A stretch of DNA of 64,000 nt, taken from the NCBI GenBank assembly GCA_016783675.1, contig JADHWE010000001.1:955-64954 (forward strand), read 5' to 3'. Numbering within the stretch: the stretch's first letter is position 1; each line of letters begins with the position of its first letter. The translations under genes and the position numbers were made by a program. This DNA is from Kiritimatiellia bacterium (lineage in GTDB: Bacteria > Verrucomicrobiota > Kiritimatiellia > UBA8416 > JABMPJ01). The notes under the pieces are model-generated. The model did no database searches. It was not told the origin of the DNA and worked only from the letters and a program-made list of their open reading frames with translations. Shown in pieces: positions 36,948 through 44,971 of the stretch.

Positions 36948-37826
36948 TCAAGATCCCAGCGCGGGACGCGTCAGCAGGTCGAGGTAGGCCTGCCACCAGG
37001 TCTGGCCCCAGAAGATCCAGATGACGGCAGCTACGGCGAGGTAGGGACCGTAGGGAATGCGGCTCTGCATGCGTTTGCCGCCGACGAGCACCAGCGAGAT
37101 TCCGACAACCGAGCCGACCAGGGATGATCCCACGACGGTGAACAGGACGCCCTGCCACCCCGTGAACGCACCGATCGCACCGATCAACTTCACATCGCCA
37201 AACCCCATGGCCGGCTTGCGGAATATGGCTGATCCCAGCTTGCCGATCGACCAAAGCATACCGAATCCGAGTGCGAGGCCGATGGCAGACTGGATCAGGG
37301 CGGCGAGCGCGGTATCGACACCGTGCATGGCCGGCACAAGCGGACTCAGAATCACCCCGACGATCATTCCGCCGATGCTGACACTGTCGGGTATGATCAT
37401 GTGTTCAAAATCCACGAACGTGGCCAGCACCAACCCGGAGACGTAGAGCCAGAGTACCGGTACAAGCCCGGCACTGACGATCGGCACCACCCCCAACGGC
37501 CGGGCACCCATCACGACGTTGTACTTGAGCCAGACAAGCAGGAAGAGCGCCGCCACCAGCAGCTCGACGAGGACATAGCGCGGCGTAATGCGCGCCTTGC
37601 AGAATCGGCAGCGCCCCATCAACATGAGGTAGCTGAAAATCGGAATATTGAGATACCAGGGAATGAGCTGGTTGCAGTGCGGACAGTGCGAGCGGGGCTT
37701 GACCACCGATTCGTCACGCGGAATACGGTAAATGCAGACGTTGAGAAAACTCCCCGTCGCCGCCCCCCACAGGAACGACAGCACCGTAAAGAATGGATAC
37801 CAGGGGAAGTCTTCTGAGAATATCAA
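36948..37826 (-). CDS. pilD: Prepilin (type IV leader) peptidase/N-methyltransferase, A24 family
   Basis: GSFLNVCIYRIPRDESVVKPRSHCPHCNQLIPWYLNIPIFSYL...RCRFCKARI. Multi-TM C-terminus. Confidence 0.85.
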   Translation of the reverse strand: MIFSEDFPWYPFFTVLSFLWGAATGSFLNVCIYRIPRDESVVKPRSHCPHCNQLIPWYLNIPIFSYLMLMGRCRFCKARITPRYVLVELLVAALFLLVWLKYNVVMGARPLGVVPIVSAGLVPVLWLYVSGLVLATFVDFEHMIIPDSVSIGGMIVGVILSPLVPAMHGVDTALAALIQSAIGLALGFGMLWSIGKLGSAIFRKPAMGFGDVKLIGAIGAFTGWQGVLFTVVGSSLVGSVVGISLVLVGGKRMQSRIPYGPYLAVAAVIWIFWGQTWWQAYLDLLTRPALGS

Positions 37827-37841
37827 TGCATCATCCCTTCT

Positions 37842-38705
37842 CTATGCCCCGTAGACGCGGGCTTCCAGCGCTTCGCGCATACAGTCCACGGGCGGCGTCT
37901 TGCCGGTCCATATTTCGAACGACCGCACCCCCTGGTGCAGCAACATGCCCAGTCCGTTGGCCACCTGCGCACCCGCCTCGCGGGCCACGGTCATCAGGCC
38001 GGTCTCCGGATACATGTATATAAGATCCAGCAACATCTGTCCCGTTCCGAACGCGACAGCTCCCAACAGCGGCTCATCCGTGGGTTTCATACCCACGGGG
38101 GTCGCTTGCACGAGCAGCTCTGCTTCGCGCGCAGACGTTGTCCACGCCTCGGGAGAGGCATCCACGCACTGCACATCCACCGACGCATCTACGGCGCGCA
38201 GTTCTTCCGCCAGGCGCGCCACGCGTTCGGCATCCAGATCGGCCAGGATCAACCGCCCAACTCCATGCCGCGCACAGGTGAGCGCCACGGCACGCCCTGC
38301 CCCACCGCAGCCGAGCATCATCACGGACTTGCCGGTCACATCGCACCCGAACGCCTCGTCGACCGCACGCAGAAAACCGACACCATCGGTGTTGTGCCCG
38401 TGCAGCCCTTCCGGTGTGAACTCCACGGTGTTCACGGCCCCAAGCAGCGACGCCGTATCGGCGAGGTCTTCGATGCCGCGGAAGGCCACTTCCTTCAGCG
38501 GCACGGTCAGGTTCACACCGCGGAACCCCATGTCGGCCATGGCCGGCAACGTGCTCATAAGCCGCTCGGGCGCTACGTCGAACGCCAGGTAGATGCCGTC
38601 CATCTCCAGCGACCGCAATGCCACGTTATGCATCACGGGCGAGAGCGTATGACCGATCGGGTGACCGAGTACCGCAAACGGCTGCGTATGCCCGGACAGG
38701 TTCAT
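37842..38705 (-). CDS. aroE: Shikimate dehydrogenase
   Basis: FAVLGHPIGHTLSPVMHN...NLTVPLK...GHNTDG...GCGGAGRAV. Confidence 0.9.
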   Translation of the reverse strand: MNLSGHTQPFAVLGHPIGHTLSPVMHNVALRSLEMDGIYLAFDVAPERLMSTLPAMADMGFRGVNLTVPLKEVAFRGIEDLADTASLLGAVNTVEFTPEGLHGHNTDGVGFLRAVDEAFGCDVTGKSVMMLGCGGAGRAVALTCARHGVGRLILADLDAERVARLAEELRAVDASVDVQCVDASPEAWTTSAREAELLVQATPVGMKPTDEPLLGAVAFGTGQMLLDLIYMYPETGLMTVAREAGAQVANGLGMLLHQGVRSFEIWTGKTPPVDCMREALEARVYGA

Positions 38706-40279
38706 GGTGTTTCCTTTGTGGCGGTTTCGTTCGCCCCGTTGGCTTCACGATCAGACAGCAGGCGGTTCACACAAGACAAGTACGCCTTGGCACTGGCTTC
38801 GACAATATCCGTACTGGCCGCCTTCGCACTGATGGTCTCTTCGTCGAAAGCCACGCGCAGACTTACTTCGCCCATGGCGTCCTTGCCCACCGTCACGGCC
38901 TGCAGCGTGTAGTCAGTCAACCGGCCCGACACGTTCGTGATGCGGTCGATCGCCTTGCACGCGGCGTCGACCGGCCCGTCTCCGCAGGCTGCCTCCTGCA
39001 ACACCTCGTCGCCCTTGCAGAGCTTTACGGTCGCGGTCGGGATCGTGCTGCTGCCAGCGGTGACCTGCATGCACTCCAACGTGTAGATGTTGACCGCGTC
39101 GCTCAACTGCTCGCTGGCAATCAGCAACAGGTCGTCGTCGTAGATCAGCTTCTTCTTGTCTGCCAGGTCAACGAAACGCTCGTAAACCTTGGCCAGTTCT
39201 TCAGCGTTCAGCGAGATGCCCATCTTGTTCAAGGCCTGCTTCAGCCCGTTCTTACCCGACAGCTTGCTCAGGACCAGGTCCGAGCCGTCCTGGCAACCGA
39301 CAGTGGCAGGATCGATGATCTCGTAGGTAGACCGTTCCTTGATCACACCGTCCTGGTGAACCCCGGACGAGTGCGCAAACGCGTTGGCGCCCACGATGGC
39401 CTTGTTGCGCTGTACCGACATACCGGTCAGGCGACTGACCAGCCGGCTGACTGGCACCAGGCGCTCGGGCTTGATGTTGGTCCACAGCGGCCCGTAGACG
39501 TCATTGCGCGTACGGAGTGTCATCACGACCTCTTCCAGTGCGGCATTGCCGGCACGCTCGCCCAGTCCGTTGATCGTACATTCCACCTGCCGCGCGCCGG
39601 CCTGCAGCGATGCCAGCGAGTTGGCAACACCCAACCCCAGGTCGTTGTGGCAGTGCACGCTGATCACGGCATCATTGATGTTCGGCACGGACTCGTACAG
39701 GTACGAGATCAGGTGACTGAACTCACTCGGCATCGTGTACCCGACCGTGTCGGGGATGTTGATTGTCGTGGCGCCCGCATCGATCGCCGCCTCAACCACC
39801 TGTGCCAGGAAGTCGGGCTCGGTGCGCGAGGCATCCTCCGGGCTGAACTCGACGTCATTCACGAACGACTTCGCCTGCTTTACCGACTTCATGGCCTGCT
39901 TGATGATCTCCGCGCGCGCCTTGCGCAACTTGAACTTGCGATGGATCGCCGACGTAGCCAGGAAGACATGGATGCGCGGCTTCCTGGCCGGCATCACGGC
40001 TTCCGCACAGCGGGCGATGTCCGCCTCCACGCAACGGGCCAGGCCTGCAATCGTCGGACCCGTGACCGCTTCGGCAATCTCGTGCACAGCCCGAAAGTCG
40101 CCGGGCGACGCAATCGGGAAACCGGCCTCGATTATGTCTACGCCCAACTGGGCCAACTGGTGTGCGATCTCGACTTTTTCGCGATGATCCAGGCTGGCGC
40201 CGGGCGATTGCTCGCCGTCACGCAGCGTGGTGTCGAAAACCAACACCCTGTCTTTTCTCTTTCCCTTCGTTGTCATCAA
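38702..40279 (-). CDS. leuA: 2-isopropylmalate synthase (a LeuA/CimA-type distinction is not possible here)
   Basis: [19 protein letters not shown]...[15 protein letters not shown]... plus the C-terminal LeuA regulatory domain. The + ORF 38618..40378 is an antisense shadow. Confidence 0.85.
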   Translation of the reverse strand: MMTTKGKRKDRVLVFDTTLRDGEQSPGASLDHREKVEIAHQLAQLGVDIIEAGFPIASPGDFRAVHEIAEAVTGPTIAGLARCVEADIARCAEAVMPARKPRIHVFLATSAIHRKFKLRKARAEIIKQAMKSVKQAKSFVNDVEFSPEDASRTEPDFLAQVVEAAIDAGATTINIPDTVGYTMPSEFSHLISYLYESVPNINDAVISVHCHNDLGLGVANSLASLQAGARQVECTINGLGERAGNAALEEVVMTLRTRNDVYGPLWTNIKPERLVPVSRLVSRLTGMSVQRNKAIVGANAFAHSSGVHQDGVIKERSTYEIIDPATVGCQDGSDLVLSKLSGKNGLKQALNKMGISLNAEELAKVYERFVDLADKKKLIYDDDLLLIASEQLSDAVNIYTLECMQVTAGSSTIPTATVKLCKGDEVLQEAACGDGPVDAACKAIDRITNVSGRLTDYTLQAVTVGKDAMGEVSLRVAFDEETISAKAASTDIVEASAKAYLSCVNRLLSDREANGANETATKETP

Positions 40280-40539
40280 ACCCTCGCTTGCGCGTCCTCT
40301 CGACGCGCTGTCAAATCGGTGACCTCGATAACGTCGACCAGTTTGTCGAGCTGCTTGGTCACCTGCTGCAGAACGTGATCATCACCCGGCACTGTCATCG
40401 TCATGCGTGATAGCGTCGGGTCTTCCGTGGGACCCACGTTAAGGGATTCGATATTGTATCCGCGCCCAGAGATCAGTCCCACGATACGCGCCAGGACACC
40501 GGGCTGATTCTCAACCAGTAATGTAATAAAATGCTTCAT
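40276..40539 (-). CDS. ilvN: Acetolactate synthase small (regulatory) subunit, ACT-domain-only short form
   Basis: [53 protein letters not shown] 40539 follows AGGAGAGAG. The track ORF uses GTG 40545. Confidence 0.85.
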   Translation of the reverse strand: MKHFITLLVENQPGVLARIVGLISGRGYNIESLNVGPTEDPTLSRMTMTVPGDDHVLQQVTKQLDKLVDVIEVTDLTARREDAQARV

Positions 40540-40620
40540 ATTCACTCTCTCCTCTTGTCTTCTTCAAAGCCCTTCCACCCCTACCCCAGCAAAAGCCGGG
40601 GGGCACCCGCACCCCACCAT

Positions 40621-40759
40621 ACCCCCAGCGGAGGCCGTGGGGAGGGCCCCGCCAACCATCCGCCCTCATCTACCCCCAGCGGAGGCCGTGGGGAGGGGCT
40701 GTCGCTCCTTGGCGGTTCGGTATTCCGAACCGGCCGGGCGAGAGCCCCTTCCCACGGCC
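40621..40759. repeat. Palindromic/direct-repeat element filling the ilvB-ilvN spacer
   Basis: ACCCCCAGCGGAGGCCGTGGGGAGGG occurs at 40621-40646 and 40672-40697. The second copy is the left arm of an imperfect approximately 35-bp-arm palindrome (40684-40759) centred on CGGTTCGG-TATT-CCGAACCG. Confidence 0.7.
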
Positions 40760-40765
40760 GGAGCG

Positions 40766-42502
40766 TCACGCCATGGAACAGATCATCTCATCCAACGACG
40801 CCCCGGGGGGCACCATGGGATAGACGTTCTCCTCTTCTCTAACGATGCACTCGATAACCACGGGTGCGTTGGTGCTGAACGCTTTCTCAAGCGCCGGCAC
40901 GACCTCCTCTTTCTTCGTAACGCGCACGCCGACCGCCCCATAGGCTTCGGCGAGCTTCACAAAGTCCGGAAGGAATTTGTCACTGGCCGGCGCCGGCATC
41001 TTCTCGTTGGCCGGCCGGTCCTCCTGTTTCAGGACGCTGCCCGCATACTCCTTGCTGTAGAACATCTCCTGCCACTGGCGCACCATGCCCAGGTGCCCAT
41101 TGTTCAGGATGACCGTGTTCACGTTCCAGCCGTGCTCAACCGCAACAACCAGTTCCTGGAGGCACATCTGGATGCTGCCGTCACCAGACAGAACAACAAC
41201 GTTCCTGTCCGGGAAAGCCGACTGAACGCCAATGCCCGCGGGCAGACCGAAGCCCATTGTGCCCAGTCCGCCCGACGTCACGAATGAACGCGGTTCGGTG
41301 TACTTGAAGAAGTGAGCCGCCCACATCTGGTGCTGGCCGACGTCCGTCACGATCAGCGCGTCGCCGCCGCTGACCTTATAGACCATATCGATAACGTACT
41401 GCGGCAGCAGTTCGTCCGTGCTCTCGTCATACGCCAGCGGGAACTGCGCCTGCAGCTCGTCCAGATGCTCGTTCCACGCGGTAGGTTCACGCGCTTCAAC
41501 CTGGTCGATCAAAGCCGCCAGAACGTCCTTCACGTTGCCGACGACGGGGATCTCCACAGGAACACTCTTGTCGATCGACGAAGGATCGATATCGATGTGC
41601 GCCTTTTTCGCGCGCGGCGCAAACTCCGAGATCTTGCCCGTCACCCGGTCATCAAACCGGGCACCGGCTGAGATCAGCAGGTCGCACTCGCCCACCGCGC
41701 GGTTGGCCGTGACCGTTCCGTGCATACCCAGCATGCGCAGGGCCAGCGGATCCGTTTCCGGGAACCCGCCCAGCCCCATCAGCGTGGTCGTAACCGGGAT
41801 GTTAGCCTTGCGCGCCAGCGCGGTCAGCTCGGATGCTGCGTTGCCGGCCAGGATTCCACCCCCCGTGTAAAGAAGGGGGCGCTCGGCCGCGTTGATCGCG
41901 TCAGCCAACTGCTTGACCTGTTCCGGGTTGCAGCCCGAAACCGGTCGGTATCCGGACAGGTCGGCACCAGCCGATGCAGGGGCCGTCGTTTCGGCGCGCT
42001 GAATATCCTTCGGAATATCGATCAGGACCGGTCCCGGCTTGCCCGTAGACGCGATGTGAAACGCCTCGGCCATGATGCGCGGCAGGTCGGCGGCGCTGTT
42101 GACCAGGTAGTTGTGCTTCGTGACGGCACGCGTGATACCGGTGGTGTCAGCCTCCTGGAACGCGTCGTTACCGATCATATGCGAGGGGACCTGTCCACTG
42201 ATGCAGACCATTGGGATGCCATCCATGCATGCAGTTGCCAGTCCGGTAACGGCGTTTGTGGCGCCCGGACCCGACGTCACGAGGCAGACCCCGACCTTGC
42301 CCGTGGCACGGGCATAGCCATCGGCCATGTGCGTGGCGCCCTGTTCGTGGCGCACCAGGACCAGTTTCATGTCATCGGCATGGTAGAGTTTGCTGAAGAT
42401 GTCCAGCACGGCGCCACCAGGCAGACCGTAGATGATCTCTGCTCCTGCCTGTCGCAGTCCCTCAATGACGCAATCAGCGCCTGTTCTCGTTTTCGTTGTC
42501 AT
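40766..42502 (-). CDS. ilvB: Acetolactate synthase large subunit
   Basis: 578 aa. GADCVIEGLRQAGAEIIYGLPGGAVL..., ThDP motif GLGTMGFGLPAGIG...GDGS. Confidence 0.95.
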   Translation of the reverse strand: MTTKTRTGADCVIEGLRQAGAEIIYGLPGGAVLDIFSKLYHADDMKLVLVRHEQGATHMADGYARATGKVGVCLVTSGPGATNAVTGLATACMDGIPMVCISGQVPSHMIGNDAFQEADTTGITRAVTKHNYLVNSAADLPRIMAEAFHIASTGKPGPVLIDIPKDIQRAETTAPASAGADLSGYRPVSGCNPEQVKQLADAINAAERPLLYTGGGILAGNAASELTALARKANIPVTTTLMGLGGFPETDPLALRMLGMHGTVTANRAVGECDLLISAGARFDDRVTGKISEFAPRAKKAHIDIDPSSIDKSVPVEIPVVGNVKDVLAALIDQVEAREPTAWNEHLDELQAQFPLAYDESTDELLPQYVIDMVYKVSGGDALIVTDVGQHQMWAAHFFKYTEPRSFVTSGGLGTMGFGLPAGIGVQSAFPDRNVVVLSGDGSIQMCLQELVVAVEHGWNVNTVILNNGHLGMVRQWQEMFYSKEYAGSVLKQEDRPANEKMPAPASDKFLPDFVKLAEAYGAVGVRVTKKEEVVPALEKAFSTNAPVVIECIVREEENVYPMVPPGASLDEMICSMA

Positions 42503-42518
42503 CCCTGTTCCCTTCCAT

Positions 42519-42549
42519 AAAAAAACCCACCGTGGTTCATCCCGGTGGG
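42519..42549 (-). terminator. Attenuator terminator upstream of ilvB
   Basis: Minus strand: CCCACCG-GGATGAACCA-CGGTGGG followed by TTTTTTT, ending 16 nt before the ilvB ATG. Confidence 0.75.
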
Positions 42550-42574
42550 TGTCTCGCTGGCTGAGGTTGACTTC

Positions 42575-42691
42575 CTAGTGGAAGCTACCTCCCATCGCGA
42601 CACGCACCGGCACAAGGCGCAGCACGAGCACCCGCAGTACAAGAACTACAGCTACGGTGCTCAACGTCACGATGGTATTTACCGAATTCAT
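42575..42691 (-). CDS. ilv leader peptide (38 aa, rich in branched-chain residues)
   Basis: My own translation. It is below the 60-aa track cutoff. MNSVNTIVTLSTVAVVLVLRVLVLRLVPVRVAMGGSFH* has 11 Val, 6 Leu and 1 Ile. Confidence 0.7.
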   Translation of the reverse strand: MNSVNTIVTLSTVAVVLVLRVLVLRLVPVRVAMGGSFH

Positions 42692-42698
42692 TACAGGT

Positions 42699-42728
42699 AT
42701 TAAACTGCTAAATGCGGAAGAAAGTCAA
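42699..42728 (-). promoter_or_regulatory. Candidate promoter of the ilv leader (TTGACT-N18-TTTAAT)
   Basis: Minus strand: -35 at 42728-42723 and -10 at 42704-42699. The -10 ends 7 nt before the leader ATG and there is no Shine-Dalgarno sequence. Confidence 0.35.
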
Positions 42729-42897
42729 TGAGGGAATATTCATCGCTCAACCAAACGTCCGCAAGGAAGGGAAAAGGCAACCAGAAAGACACGAAGTCAC
42801 CACGATGTATTGAATGGTCTCCTTCGCTTCGTCTCAGCCGGGGAAACCGTTACTCCGTTGGTGTCTTCGTGCCTTGGTGGGTGCCTTTCTTTTCCCG

Positions 42898-43239
42898 TTA
42901 TCCAATCGCGTCGTGCCCGCGTTCACCGGTACGGATCCGCACGCACTCGACGAGATCGACGACGAGGATTTTGCCGTCACCAATGTTGCCCGTGCGGGCG
43001 CCGCTGATGATGGCGTCAATCGTCGCCTGGACGAAGTCGGCGTTAACGGCCACCTCGATCCGAACCTTCTTGAGCAGGTTCACTTCGATGTCCACGCCAC
43101 GGTATGACTCGTGGTAGCCGCGCTGCTGTCCACAGCCCAGGGCATTCGTCACGGAGAGTTTGTAGACTTCCTTCTCGTACAGGGCCTGCTTCACAGCAGT
43201 CAGTCGATCAGGCTGAATGTAAGCTATAATCAATTTCAT
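42898..43239 (-). CDS. glnK: PII nitrogen regulatory protein (GlnK, amt-linked)
   Basis: [20 protein letters not shown]...[19 protein letters not shown]...[29 protein letters not shown] 43239 follows GAGGAGG. Confidence 0.9.
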   Translation of the reverse strand: MKLIIAYIQPDRLTAVKQALYEKEVYKLSVTNALGCGQQRGYHESYRGVDIEVNLLKKVRIEVAVNADFVQATIDAIISGARTGNIGDGKILVVDLVECVRIRTGERGHDAIG

Positions 43240-43293
43240 CGTATTCCTCCTCGCAGGGCAGCGGCCCAGTGCCGCTGCACCCGCCACTGTTTG

Positions 43294-44676
43294 CTACATG
43301 TTGCTGAAGAACTGGAACCCGCTGTAAGCTTCCATACCATGCTCGCCAATGTCGAGACCCTTCAGTTCCTCTTCCGGGCTGACACGGATGCCGACAGTCA
43401 GCTTCAGTAGGCCGAAGATCAACAGACCAGCCGGGAAACAGACCGCCGCATACGCCAGCACGCCAAGGAGCTGCGTCCCGAACGAGATCGTATAGGCGTC
43501 AGCACTGGAACCTACGACTACGCCGTTGGCGAAGATGCCAACGAAAAGCGTGCCCAGGACACCGCAGACCAAATGAACCGTCGTGGCACCCACGGGGTCG
43601 TCCAGGCGCAGCCGGTCGAACGCGATAACCGAGATGACGGCCACCGCACCGCAGATCAGGCCGATCAAGACCGCCGCCTGGACGGATACAACATCGGCTC
43701 CGGCCGTGATTCCCACCAGCCCCGCCAGGCAGCCGTTGAGAACCATCGTCAGGTCCGGTTTCTTCTGCACGGTCCACGACATTACCATGGCGCCGATGAT
43801 TCCGGCCGCCGCCGCGAGCGATGTCGTGGTCAGGACAAAGGATACGGCCGAGGGATCTGCCGACAGGACCGATCCGCCGTTGAACCCGAACCATCCGAGC
43901 CACAGCAGGAATACACCGATCGCCAGCAGGGGCATGCTATGACCCATGATCGGGCGGGACTTGCCGTTGACGTACTTTCCAAGTCTTGGCCCGAGCAGTA
44001 TGATGCCGGCCAGGGCGGCCCAGCCACCCACGGAGTGCACCAGCGTCGATCCGGCGAAGTCGTGGAACCCACGTTCAGCCAGCCAGCCGCCGCCCCATTT
44101 CCAGGACCCAACGGCCGGGTAAACCAGCATCACGTAGATGGTTGAGAAGATGAGGAATGGCCCAAGCTTGATGCGCTCAGCCACGGCCCCCGACACGATG
44201 GTGGCCGCTGTCGCCGCGAACATGCCCTGGAACAGGAAGTCCGTCCAATAGGTATAACCCCCGGCACCATAGGTGAAAGGCGCCGCACCGGGACCGGCCA
44301 TGGTGGCATCGACACCCTCGGCCAGCCCAATGCCGAACCCGGCAAATCCGAGGACCTTCCCGAGAATCCACCCGTCGCCCGGGTACATCAGGTTGAAGCC
44401 CATCAGCACGTAGGTCAGCAGACCTATTGCCACGATAGCCGTGTTCTTACATAGAATGTTGACTGTATTCTTAGCCCGGGTCAGCCCCGACTCCACGGTC
44501 GCAAACCCGAGATGCATGATAAACACCAGGAATGTGCTCACCATCATCCACGTGTTGTTCACCGCAAACATCTCGGCACTGACCGGAGACTCCTCCTGCG
44601 CCATTGCCGTCCCCGCAAGCAACACCACTAGTGCAGCCAGCGGCAAGACACGTTTCCATAACGATCTACCTATCAT
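43294..44676 (-). CDS. amt: Ammonium transporter (Amt family)
   Basis: 460 aa with a signal peptide, then NNTWMMVSTFLVFIMHLGFATVESGLTRAKN...FAGSTLVHSVGGWAALAG... hallmark Amt motifs. Confidence 0.95.
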   Translation of the reverse strand: MIGRSLWKRVLPLAALVVLLAGTAMAQEESPVSAEMFAVNNTWMMVSTFLVFIMHLGFATVESGLTRAKNTVNILCKNTAIVAIGLLTYVLMGFNLMYPGDGWILGKVLGFAGFGIGLAEGVDATMAGPGAAPFTYGAGGYTYWTDFLFQGMFAATAATIVSGAVAERIKLGPFLIFSTIYVMLVYPAVGSWKWGGGWLAERGFHDFAGSTLVHSVGGWAALAGIILLGPRLGKYVNGKSRPIMGHSMPLLAIGVFLLWLGWFGFNGGSVLSADPSAVSFVLTTTSLAAAAGIIGAMVMSWTVQKKPDLTMVLNGCLAGLVGITAGADVVSVQAAVLIGLICGAVAVISVIAFDRLRLDDPVGATTVHLVCGVLGTLFVGIFANGVVVGSSADAYTISFGTQLLGVLAYAAVCFPAGLLIFGLLKLTVGIRVSPEEELKGLDIGEHGMEAYSGFQFFSNM

Positions 44677-44760
44677 CTTTACCCCCGCTCTTTCCTTATG
44701 CGATTGAAGATCACCTTCACACTGCCTCTCGACAGCAACTGTTACGACAGGCCAGACTTA

Positions 44761-44776
44761 TGCACGTCGCGTGCCA
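44761..44776 (-). promoter_or_regulatory. Sigma-54 (-24/-12) promoter for amt-glnK
   Basis: The minus strand reads TGGCACGCGACGTGCA, with GG and GC in the canonical TGGCAC-N5-TTGC spacing. It is about 85 nt upstream of the amt ATG, next to an AT-rich tract and a divergent sigma-54 activator gene. Confidence 0.65.
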
Positions 44777-44971
44777 TCTTATGCCAAGATCGATCCGGAG
44801 ATGAGCATATCCTGTTGGCCTACAAGTACTTAAAATATATACGATTAATTACAATCATGAATGATGTCGACACATATAAACAATCTTGTTGCATGCGTCG
44901 GACCGATATGACAAAAATGTCTCCTCCGGTTACAGAAGGACATTTGTGCGACAAAGAGAGGCGGGGGGCCG

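Noticed and set aside
38618-40378. 586-aa plus-strand ORF across leuA/ilvN
   Set aside because: It is antisense to leuA, which has clear HMGL-like motifs. The same judgement applies to 2058..3368 (+), 74..748 (+), 49699..50835 (+), 52400..53464 (+), 59267..60310 (+), 41720..42520 (+) and the many 60-200-aa overlapping ORFs in the track.
40276-40545. ilvN as a truncated pseudogene (only 87-89 aa versus about 165 aa in many bacteria)
   Set aside because: ACT-domain-only small subunits of about 90 aa are normal, for example E. coli IlvN and IlvM. The ORF is intact, has an RBS and is translationally coupled to leuA.
42503-42518. ATG immediately after the attenuator T-run (ATGGAAGGGAACAGGGATG) as an alternative ilvB start
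   Set aside because: It is out of frame with ilvB and terminates after a few codons. The purine-rich stretch is better read as the ilvB Shine-Dalgarno region.
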